A stretch of 64,000 nt of DNA from Heterodontus francisci. Lineage: Eukaryota. Below the pieces are notes generated by a model. That model did not search any database, was not told the DNA's origin, and saw nothing but the letters and a program-made list of their open reading frames with translations. Position 1 is the first letter of the stretch; the number at the start of each line of letters is the position of its first letter. Of this stretch, positions 37,863 to 47,977 are shown piece after piece. The stretch is from contig NC_090409.1 of the NCBI RefSeq assembly GCF_036365525.1, positions 38,636,437 to 38,700,436 on the forward strand, given 5' to 3'. Both the position numbers and the translations under genes were made by a program.

Positions 37863-38156
37863 CTCTGTACAGTGAACCGAAAATCATCATATCGAGGGAG
37901 GATCTTCGGCTGCACGAAGAGGTCAATCTCACCTGCTCCAGCAGCAGTGGCGACCCAAAGGCAAAAGTACGATGGATCAATCAAACTGACAAAAGTGACT
38001 TTGCAGAAGAGCAAGTGATGACAACACTTGGAAGTGGGGAGCACGGAATATACAATATAACCAGCGTCCTGAGGACCAAAGTCAGTCAGGACTTTATCAT
38101 TTGTCAAATCTTCAACGACATTACAGAAGCAAACAAGACATCGAAACCATTCAACT
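37863..38156 (+). CDS. B7-family (ICOS-ligand-like) gene, IgC exon (alternative in-frame start at 37821)
   Basis: ALYSEPKI..EVNLTCSSSSGDPKAKVRWINQTDKS..GIYNITSVLR..IICQIFN; WINQTDKS parallels recalled ICOSL WINKTDNS; donor T|GTAAGC, phase 1. Confidence 0.9.
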
Positions 38157-38242
38157 GTAAGCATTGGTTGGTTGTCAAATTTGCCTGCAGTTTAATTGAA
38201 CACATTAATCGCAGCAATGTACTGCAGCCCATCAGGGGCATC

Positions 38243-41240
38243 TCTCTGTGGCTCAGTGGGTATGACTGTCTCAGAGTCAAAGGATCATGGCTTTAAGGCC
38301 TATTCCAGAGATTTGAGCCTAAAATCTAGGCCAACTTTTCACAGTGCCGGTACTGAGGGAGTGCCGCACTGTCGGAGGGTCAGTACTGAGGGAGTGCTGC
38401 ATTGTCGGAGGGTCAGTACTGAGGGAGTGCCGCACTGTCAGAGGGTCAGTACTGAGGGAGTGCCGCACTGTCGGAGGGTCAGTACTGAGGGAGTGCTGCA
38501 TTGTCGGAGGGTCAGTACTGAGGGAGCGCCGCACTGTTGGAGGGTCAGCACTGAGGGAGTGCCGCAGTGTCAGAGGGTCAGTACTGAGGTCATGTCACAC
38601 TGTCGGAGGGTCAGTACTGAGGGAGTGCCGCACTGTCAGAGGGTCAGTACTGAGGTCATGTCGCACTGTCGGAGGGTCAGTACTGAGGGAGTGCCGCACT
38701 GTCGGAGGGTCAGTACTGAGGGAGTGCCGCACTGTCGAAGGGTCAGTACTGAGGGAGTGCCGTACTGTCGGAGGGTCAGTACTGAGGGAGTGCCGCACTG
38801 TCAGAGGGTCAGTACTGAGGTCATGTCGCACTGTCGGAGGGTCAGTACTGAGGGAGTGCCGCACTGTCGGAGGGTCAGCACTGAGGGAGTGCCGCAGTGT
38901 CAGAAGATCAGTACTGAGGGAGTGCTGCATTGTCGGAGGGTCAGTACTGAGGGAGCGCCGCACTGTTGGAGGGTCAGCACTGAGGGAGTGCCGCAGTGTC
39001 AGAGGGTCAGTACTGAGGTCATGTCACACTGTCGGAGGGTCAGTACTGAGGGAGTGCCGCACTGTCAGAGGGTCAGTACTGAGGTCATGTCGCACTGTCG
39101 GAGGGTCAGTACTGAGGGAGTGCCGCACTGTCGGAGGGTCAGTACTGAGGGAGTGCCGCACTGTCGAAGGGTCAGTACTGAGGGAGTGCCGTACTGTCGG
39201 AGGGTCAGTACTGAGGGAGTGCCGCACTGTCAGAGGGTCAGTACTGAGGTCATGTCGCACTGTCGGAGGGTCAGTACTGAGGGAGTGCCGCACTGTCGGA
39301 GGGTCAGCACTGAGGGAGTGCCGCAGTGTCAGAAGATCAGTACTGAGGGAGTGCCGCACTGTCGGAGGGTCAGTACTGAGGGAGTGCTGCACTGTCAGGG
39401 GGTCAGTACTGAGGGAGTGCCGTACTGTCGGAGGGTCAGTACTGAGGTCGTGCCGCACTGTCGGAGGGTCAGTACTGAGGGAGTGCCGCACTGTCGTAGG
39501 GTCAGGACTGAGGGAGTGCTGCACTGTCGGAGGGTCAGTACTGAGGGAGTGCTGCACTGTCGGAGGGTCAGGACTGAGGGAGTGCTGCACTGTCGGAGGG
39601 TCAGTACTGAGGTCGTGCCGCACTGTCGGAGGGTCAGTACTGAGGAAGTGCCGCACTGTCGGAGGGTCAGTACTGAGGGAGTGCTGCATTGTCGGAGGGT
39701 CAGTACTGAGGGAGTGCTGCACTGTCGGAGGGTCAGTACTGAGGGAGTGCTGCACTGTCGGAGGGTCAGTACTGAGGTCGTGCCGCACTGTCGGAGGGTC
39801 AGTACTGAGGAAGTGCCGCACTGTCGGAGGGTCAGTACTGAGGGAGTGCTGCATTGTCGGAGGGTCAGTACTGAGGTAGTGTCGCACTGTAGGAGGGTCA
39901 GTACTGAGCGAGTGCCGCACTGTTGTAGGGTCAGTTTTTCAAAAATCATTTCTGGGATGTGGGCGTCGCTGGCCAGGCCAGCATTTATTGCCCATCCCTA
40001 ATTGCCCTTGAGAAGGTGGTGGTGAGCTGCCTTCTTGAACCGCTGCAGTCCATGTGGGGTAGGTACACCCACAGTGCTGTTAGGAAGGGAGTTCCAGGAT
40101 TTTGACCCAGCGACAGTGAAGGAACGGCGATACAGTTCCAAGTCAGGATGGTGTGTGACTTGGAGGGGAACTTGCAGGTGGTGGTGTTCCCATGCATCTG
40201 CTGCCCTTGTCCTTCTAGTTGGTAGAGGTCGCGGGTTTGGAAGGTGCTGTCTAAGGAGTCTTGGTGCATTGCTGCAGTGCATCTTGTAGATGGTACACAC
40301 TGCTGTCACTGTACGTCGGTGGTGGAGGGAGTGAATGTTTGTAGATGGGGTGCCAATCAAGTGGGCTGCTTTGTCCTGGATGGTGTTGAGCTTCTTGAGT
40401 GTTGTTGGAGCTGCACCCATCCAGGCAAGTGGAGAGTATTCCATCACACTCCTGACTTGTGCCTTGTAGATGGTGGACAGGCTTTGGGGTGTCGGGAGCT
40501 GGATCAAAATCCTGGAACTCCCTTCCTAACAGCACTGTGTGTGTACCTACCCCACATGGACTGCAGCGGTTCAAGAAGGCAGCTCACCACCACCTTCTCA
40601 AGGGCAATTAGGGATGGGCAATAAATGCTGGTCTGGCCAGTGACGCCCACATCCCAGAAATGAATTTTGAAAAGTTCCTCTAGTTTTAAAACATAGAATC
40701 AGAGAATGATCCAGCACAGGAGTAGGACATTCGGCCCATCATCCCTGTGCTGGCTCTTCGATAGATCTATCCAATTAGTCCCCACTCTCCCCCCTGCTCT
40801 TTCCCCCATCTCCCTGCAAATCTTCCCCCTTCCAGTATGTCAGAGGGTCAGTACTGAGGGAGTGCTGCACTGTCGGAGGGTCAGTCCTGAGGGAGTGCTG
40901 CACTGTCGGAGGTGCCGTCTTTCAGATGAGACATTAAACCGAGGCCCCCGTCTGCCCTCTCTGGTGGGTGTAAAAGATCCCACGGCCACTATTTGGAGGA
41001 AGAGCGGAGGGGGGGAGTTCTCCCCGGTGTCCTGGGGACAATATTTATCCCTCAACCAACATCACTAAAAAAAACAGAAGATCTGGGTCATTATCACATT
41101 GCTGTTTGTGGGATCTTGCGGTGCACAAATTGGCTGCCGCATTTCCTGCATTACAACAGTGATGACACTTCAAAAAAAAGGACCTTATTGTCTGTGAGGC
41201 TCTTTGGGACGTCCTGAGGAGGCGAAAGGCGCTGGAGAAA
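38243..41240 (+). mobile_element. Deu-domain SINE with ~48 internal 33-bp units (38349-39935), interrupted by LINE pieces; body resumes at 40840
   Basis: A-box TGGCTCAGTGG at 38249, then the array; Deu body 40910-41235. Confidence 0.85.
39936..40675. mobile_element. LINE 3' fragment (-) plus an inverted copy of its last ~175 bp (+)
   Basis: 39936-40110 is near the reverse complement of 40498-40675. Confidence 0.88.
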
Positions 41241-41401
41241 TGAGAGTTATGGAAGTGTCAGGCGCTTGCCTTTGCTCAGGGATTGTGTTGTGTGACTCCA
41301 GTCCTCTGCTGCCCCCTGTTGGGATCCCCACGTGTTGCACACACAGTAACACAGTGAGTGAGGCTCAGGCCTCGAACAGTCACAGAATCCGCAACGACCG
41401 A

Positions 41402-42215
41402 ACCCTCCCTATCTCTGTAACCTCCTCCAGCCCCGACAACCCTCCCTATCTCTGTAACCTCCTCCAGCCCCGACAACCCTCCCTATCTCTGTAACCTCCT
41501 CCAGCCCCTACAACCCTCCCTATCTCTGTAACCTCCTCCAGCCCCTACAACCCTCCCTATCTCTGTAACCTCCTCCAGCCCCTACAACCCTCCCTATCTC
41601 TGTAACCTCCTCCAGCCCCTACAACCCTCCCTATCTCTGTAACCTCCTCCAGCTCCTACAACCCTCCCTATCGCTGTAACCTCCTCCAGCCCCTACACCC
41701 CTCCCTATCTCTGTAACCTCCTCCAGCCCCTACGACCCTCCCTATCTCTGTAACCTCCTCCAGTCCCTACAACCCTCCCTATCTCTGTAACCTCCTCCAG
41801 CCCCTACACCCCTCCCTATCTCTGTAACCTCCTCCAGCCCCTACACCCCTCCCTATCTCTGTAACCTCCTCCAGCACCTACAACCCTCCCTATCTCTGTA
41901 ACCTCCTCCAGCTCCTACAACCCTCCTTCTCGCTGTAACCTCCTCCAGCCCCTACAACCCTCCGAGATCTCTGCGCTCCCTCCAATTCCGCTCTCTTGCC
42001 CATCACTCCACCATTGGCGGCCGTGCCTTCAGCTGCCTGGGGGCCCTAAGCTCTGGAATTCCCTCCCTAAATCTCTCCGCCTCTCTCTCTCCTCCTTTCA
42101 GACACTCCTTAAAAACCGACCTCTTTGACCGAGCTGTTAGTCGCCAGTCCCTAATATCTCCTGATGTGGTTTGTCGGACTTACGTCCCTGTTTCATTACA
42201 TTAAAGGCACTAGAT
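41402..42215 (+). mobile_element. L2 LINE 3' end with internal 37-bp minisatellite (~15 units, 41402-41960)
   Basis: Unit ACCCTCCCTATCTCTGTAACCTCCTCCAGCCCCTACA followed by GGRAFSCLG..KLWNSLP-encoding L2 end. Confidence 0.82.
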
Positions 42216-42392
42216 CAATGCAGGCTGTTGTTGATCGGATCGATATTGGTGCTTCTGAACTCAGAGGAGAGGGAGAAATCCCCAAAACCAGATAAGGTGT
42301 TAATTGACTGTGAAGCACAGACACTGCAAGCACTAACATAAAAAAACACATAAAAAAAAGTGGGTAAGCACATTGGAAAGAAACTAAACAAA

Positions 42393-43520
42393 CTCACCGC
42401 TTCCCCTCCCTCCCAGAACCGTGACAGGGTTCCCCTTGTCCTCACTTTCCACCCCATCAGCCTCCATATCCAAAGGATCATCCTTCGCCATTTCCACCAC
42501 CTCCAGCGTGATGCCACTTCCAAACGCATCTTCCCCTCCCTTCCCCTGTCAGCATTCCGAAGGGATCGTTCCCTCCGCGACACCCTGGTCCACTCCTCCA
42601 TTACCCCCACCACCTCGTCCCCGTCCCATGGCACCTTACCCTGCAATTGCAGGAGGTGTAATACCTGCCCATTTACCTCCTCTCTCCTCACTATCCCAGG
42701 CCCCAAACACTCCTTTCAGGTGAAGCAGCGATTTACTTGTACTTCTTTCAATGTAGTATACTGTATTCGCTGCTCACAATGTGGTCTCCTCTACACTGGG
42801 GAGACCAAGCGCAGACTGGGTGACCGCTTTGCGGAACACCTCCGCTCAGTCCTAAAGCATGACCCTGAGCTTCCGGTCGTTGGCCATTTCAACACTCCCC
42901 CCCTGCTCTCATGCTCACACCTCTGTCCTGGGATTGCTGCAGTGTTCCAGTGAACATCAACGCAAGCTCGAGGAACAGCATCTCATTTACCGATTCGGCA
43001 CACTACAGCCTGCCGGACTGAACATTGAGTTCAATCATTTCAGAGCATGCTGGGACCCCCATTATATGCTTTGTTATTTTTTTATTTTTCCTTTCTTATT
43101 TGATTATTTTATTTTAGGTTTTTCAGTTTGTTTAGTTTGTTTGCACTGTGCTTACCCACTGTTTTGGTTTTATTAATGTGGTTTTTTATGGGTGTGCTTG
43201 GAGTACTCGGTACTTTACAGTCAATTCACACCCTCTCTGCACTAACACTTTGTCTTTCACCACACTATTAACATATTGTTTTCCTTTGTTCCATGACCTT
43301 CTGGTCGGTTATTCTCTGTGACCTTGTCCTAGCTACACCTTCTCCTTTGTTATCTCTTGCCCCACCCCCACTCTACTTGCTTAAAACCTTTGACATTTCT
43401 AATATTTGCCAGTTCTGAAGAAGGGTCACTGACCCGAAACGTTAACTCTGCTTCTCTCTCCGCAGATGCTGCCAGACCTGCTGAGTGTTTCCAGCATCTG
43501 CAGCATTTTGCTTTTATTTT
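42393..43520 (+). mobile_element. Penelope-like element 3' part (GIY-YIG endonuclease plus terminal region)
   Basis: NVVYCIRCSQCGLLYTGETKRRLGDRFAEH; CNCRRCNTC linker; GLNIE end. Confidence 0.9.
43411..43447 (+). ncRNA. Minimal hammerhead ribozyme motif (Penelope-associated)
   Basis: AGTT-CTGAAGA-A-GGGTC-ACT-GACCC-GAAA-CG-TT-AACT: stem I AGTT/AACT, stem II GGGTC/GACCC, palindromic ACGT in place of stem III. Confidence 0.75.
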
Positions 43521-43699
43521 TTCGGTGATGATTGACCCTCCACTCTCTCCCCTCACTCCCCCGGACAGGCTGCACAGGATGACATGTGCTGCCCTCCGTG
43601 TCGAACAGCTCTGTCATCTGTCCACGGGGCGAAATGCTTCAGGGGACAGAAGCGGACTGGAATCCAGCTGAGGCAGCGGAGAGGAGGCCAGGGAAATTT

Positions 43700-44165
43700 T
43701 GGAAAGAATCATCAGGTCTTATATCACAGGAGGAGTCCATTCGGTCCATCGTGCCTGTGTTAGCTCTTTGAAAGATCGATCCAATTAGTCCCCACTCTCC
43801 CCGCACCCCCTGCTCTTTCCCCCATCGCCCTGCAAATTTTTCCCCTTCCAGTATTTCTCCGATTCCCCCTTTTGAAAGTTACTATTGAATCTGCTTCCAC
43901 CGCCCTTTCAGGCAGCGCGTTCCAGATCACAACAACTCACTGCGTCAAAAAAATTCTCCTCATCTCCCCCTCTGGTTCTTTTACCGATTATCCTCAATCT
44001 GTGTCCCTCTGGTTACCGACCCTCCTGTCACTGGGAACAGTTTCTCCTCATTTACTCCATCAAAACCCCCTCATGATTTTGAACACCTCGATTAAATCTC
44101 CCCCTTAACCTTCTCTGCTCTGAGGAGAACAATCCCAGCTTCTCCCAGTCTCTCCAGGTAACTTA
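43700..44165 (-). mobile_element. CR1 3' fragment
   Basis: Reverse-complement relative of 34070-34520. Confidence 0.85.
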
Positions 44166-44579
44166 CCTGTAATCCCTATGGAAACAGGGATATTATGCGT
44201 GTCTTGTGTGTTTATATTTATGAAGGAGGGAAAGGTGGGGCTGATTTAACAGTGAAAGGATTAGGGACAGAGAGAGAGAGAAAACCAAGCCAAAATCGAA
44301 AGGGTTTAGCCTGTTGTTCCTTTAAAAAATGTCCCATTTTGACAAAAGTGGGAGGACTTCAACCGGCGTTAATATTCTGTGTCCCGGGGCATGGGTCCCC
44401 CTCTGTCCAGTGCCCCCTTGTATCTGATTTTTGATTGGTCAAAGATTGTCCACTGTTGTCTCGTCCTTGCAGGGCCTGTGCTGGGATGGAAGAAAGAAGA
44501 AACCTGCATTTAAGAGGCGCCTTCCACCCTTAAGGCTAACCATTGGCTGTGAAGCGCCAATTAAATACTCTCTGAATTC

Positions 44580-45292
44580 TCGTTACTGTTGTAATGCAGG
44601 AAACGCAACAGTCAATTTGCGCACAGCAAGATCCCACAAACAGCGATGTTGATAATGACCCAGATCATCTGGTTTTTTTTTAGCGATGTTGTTTGAGGGA
44701 TAAATATTGTCCCCAGGACACCGGGGAGAACTCCCCACCCCCCCCGCCCCCCACCACTGCTCTTCTTCCAAATAGTGGCCGTGGGATCTTTTACACCCAC
44801 CTGAGAGGGCAGACAGGGGCCTCGGTTTAATGTCTCATCTGAAAGACGGTACCTCCGACAGTGCAGCACTCCCTCAGTACTGACCCTCTTACAGTGCGGC
44901 ACTCCCTCAGTACTGACCCTCTTACAGTGCAGCACTCCCTCAGTACTGACCCTCCAACAGCGCGGCACTCCCTCAGTACTGACCCTCCGACAGTGCAGCA
45001 CTCCCTCAGTACTGACCCTCCGACAGTGCAGCACTCCCTCAGTACTGACCCTCCAACAGTGCAGCACTCCCTCAGTACTGACCCTCCAACAGTGCAGCAC
45101 TCCCTCAGTACTGACCCTCCGACAGTGCAGCACTCCCTCAGTACTGACCCTCCGACAGTGCAGCACTCCCTTAGTACTGGCACTCAGAGTGCCAGCCTGA
45201 ATTTTGTGCTCAAGTCTCTCGAGTGGGGACTCGGGCCCCGAAACCTCCTCTCTCAGAGGCGACAGTGCTCGACCCGCTGAGCCACGGCTGAC
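44580..45292 (-). mobile_element. Deu-domain SINE with ~10 internal 33-bp units
   Basis: Minus-strand head GCCGTGGCTCAGCGGG at ~45290; array 44853-45178; Deu body 44580-44850. Confidence 0.87.
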
Positions 45293-45393
45293 ACAAGGGA
45301 GGGGGAAGGGTGGTGAAAAGGTTGAGATGGATGAACGAGAAAAAGGTTTACTTGCTGACTGTTTTCTTTCTCCCTCTCTCGTTTCTCTTTCAG

Positions 45394-45503
45394 TGTTCCA
45401 GCGTGCAACGCCAGGACTCAGAACTTCGAGTGCGGACAACGAGAAAACTGCGCCCATTGTTTGTTACATTCTAATCGTCGGTCTCTCACTGTTTTACAAG
45501 TAA
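45394..45503 (+). CDS. B7-family (ICOS-ligand-like) gene, terminal exon: stalk plus hydrophobic C-terminus
   Basis: Long polypyrimidine tract and CAG| acceptor; in phase with IgC; LFQRATPGLRTSSADNEKTAPIVCYILIVGLSLFYK-stop. Confidence 0.78.
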
Positions 45504-45746
45504 ACACTTTTGATTTTCTCATGTAATCTGAATGGCTCTCTGCTTTTGACAGTGAGAGGGCACAGACTTGTGCATGTTGCATCTCTTCTCAAGTTCAGCT
45601 GCCCATCCATTGGGGCTGGTGCTAAGGTAATCGGAATATTATCCTCCGCGGTGATGAGAAGGTATGAGGGGTATGGGTTACGACTGCTGGCTCCTAACCC
45701 TTTGACCACCCCCCCACCCCCGCAACTCAAAAACCCCCTCCCGCAA

Positions 45747-45752
45747 AATAAA
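45747..45752 (+). terminator. Candidate polyadenylation signal AATAAA (alternative ATTAAA at 46144)
   Basis: First AATAAA seen downstream of the stop at 45503. Confidence 0.35.
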
Positions 45753-46189
45753 AACGTTAACAGGAGCGGAATTCAACCTCAACCCAATTGTGTTAAAGTC
45801 TTGGGTCGGGTCCCATTGCGGGCGCCAGGCCAGGTCGAGGGATGGAGAGCCAGCCAGTGAATGCTGGTGACTTCCGACCTTGCAGCCCAGCAACAGCCAG
45901 TCGCCAGCGTCTCTCGTCGCCCGCCGTCCCGCCACCCCAGGTTGGCACGCAGCCACGTTTGACCTCAGGATGTCTGCCGACTGAAAACGCTGCCTGCACC
46001 ACGAGCAATGCCACGGGGCTGCTGATGCTCGTCAAGCACAAGGAAGGGAATGGAGGAGATTGTTGTCAAAATGGAGGCTGGAAGGGATTTTACTGGGATT
46101 TTTCTACCTGAATATGTATCATTTATTGTGTCTGATTAATTATATTAAAGGAATGACTTGGAAATTCTGGTTGGCTATTTCAAATATCC

Positions 46190-46945
46190 TGCCTCAACCC
46201 ATCCCCTTCTGAAAATCTCATCCATTCCTTTGTTACCTCCAGACTAAACCCTTTCAACGCTCTCCAGTCCGGATTTACAACTCCCCCCGCCACCTCACAC
46301 CCTCCATCAACTTCAGCCCATCCCAAACCCTGCCACCCGCACCGTGTCCTAACTCACACCCAGTCCCGTTCACCCTTCACCCCCTGTTACTCGCTGACCG
46401 ACACTGGCTCCCAGTCAGGTAACACCTCCCATTTTAAAATTCAAATCCTCGTTTTCAAATCCCTCCATGACCTCCTCGCCCCCCTTCCCTATCTCTGTAA
46501 CCTCCTCCAGCCCCGACAACCCTCCCTATCTCTGTAACCTCCTCCAGCCCCTACAACCCTCCCTATCTCTAAAACCTCCTCCGGCCCCTACAACCCTCCC
46601 TATCTCTGTAACCTCCTCCAGCCCCTACAACCCTCCGAGATCTCTGCCCTCCCTCCAATTCCGGCCTCTTGACCATCCCCCGATTCCCATCGCTCCACCA
46701 TTGGCGGCCGTGCCTTCAGCTGCCTGGGGGCCCTAAGCTCTGGAATTCCCTCCCTAAACCTCTCCGCCTCTTTCTCTCCTCCTTTAAGACGCTCCTTAAA
46801 AACCGACCTCTTTGACCGATATTTTGGTTGCCGGTCCCTAATATCTCCTAATGTGGCTCAGGGTCTAACTTGGTTTGATAACACTTCTGTGAAGCACCTT
46901 AGGACAGTCTGCTACATTAAAGGTGCTATATAAATGCAGGTTATT
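46190..46945 (+). mobile_element. L2 LINE 3' fragment with ~4 copies of the 37-bp unit
   Basis: HWLPV..FKI-encoding region; GGTGCTATATAAATGCA tail. Confidence 0.82.
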
Positions 46946-47198
46946 GTGTCTAACACATTCTGGGGAGCAATTATTCAGAGCAAACGCAACAATTACTCTT
47001 GGATCCCGAACATACGCAAGCCTGAAATGCAGACAATCCCAGGCAACCCAAATGCTGTTCCCTCTTCTAATCCTCACATTCGGAATTTCTTGATCCAAGA
47101 AAACTGAACCCATTCTCTGGGCTGTTGCCTCAATCCTAAATCAGAACAGGAGCACCTGTTCACAACGTGAGATGTTGGAGAATTCAGCATTACAGCTC

Positions 47199-47349
47199 CA
47201 GCACGGAGTTGGATACAGAGTAAAACTCCCTCTACACTGTCCCCATCAAACACTCCCAGGACACGTACAGTACGGGGGTTAGATACAGAGTAAAACTCCC
47301 TCTACACTGTCACATCAAACACTCCCATGGCAGGTACAGCACTGGGATT
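47199..47349 (-). repeat. Two units of the 70-bp minisatellite abutting the Tx1 5' end
   Basis: GATACAGAGTAAAACTCCCTCTACACTGTCCCCATCAAACACTCCCAGG... Confidence 0.9.
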
Positions 47350-47977
47350 GGCTGCTCTCTGATTTGGGAGCCTGAGTGCATCAACGAGGTGCAGCTGACT
47401 GTTGCTGTGTGTACAGGTTGGAGGCTGCAGGCTGTGTGACTGCTGCAAGAGGGAGAGACTGAGACTGAAAGAAGGGTTTTTCCACATTTTCAACAAAGGA
47501 AGGAAGGCAGAGAACTGGAAGCTCTTTTGTGAGTTTGCTTGGTACTGAAAGTCTTTTTCATTGATTGTTGGGGGTGGGGAAAGAAGAGACCTGAAGACCT
47601 TGGGTGGGGCTGTATTGTTCAATAGGGAGCTCCTGTGTTTAACATCTTTGGATAGGGAGCTCCCTCCCCACCCCAACTATTAAGCCTGGGACAGCTGGAG
47701 CTGCCCAGGTGAAGAGACTTATTATCTGAACATTGAAGGAGGCGTGTGCCTGGGCAGCTTACAGCTGACCCAGGTGAAGACATCACCCCACTCTCCCAAC
47801 TGGAAGACCAGCTACAAGACTTGTGCAATACTAACAAAGACTGATTCCTCTTGGCCTTCCTCTCCCTCAGCCTCTTTCCCCTGTGCTACATCCTTTAAGT
47901 GTTACATTTTTGATTTATTGTATTTGCTCTTTTCTTTTTTTTTGCTCTCAACAAAGTGCCTGTAACTCTTCTACCCC

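Noticed and set aside
38243-38330. tRNA-like A/B boxes as tRNA genes
   Set aside because: Degenerate SINE heads without a complete cloverleaf
38196-40001. 601-aa and 511-aa repetitive Cys/His-rich ORFs
   Set aside because: Translation of the 33-bp SINE-internal array inside an intron
45790-46045. GC-rich stretch with short ORFs
   Set aside because: No recognisable domain; probably 3' UTR or flank
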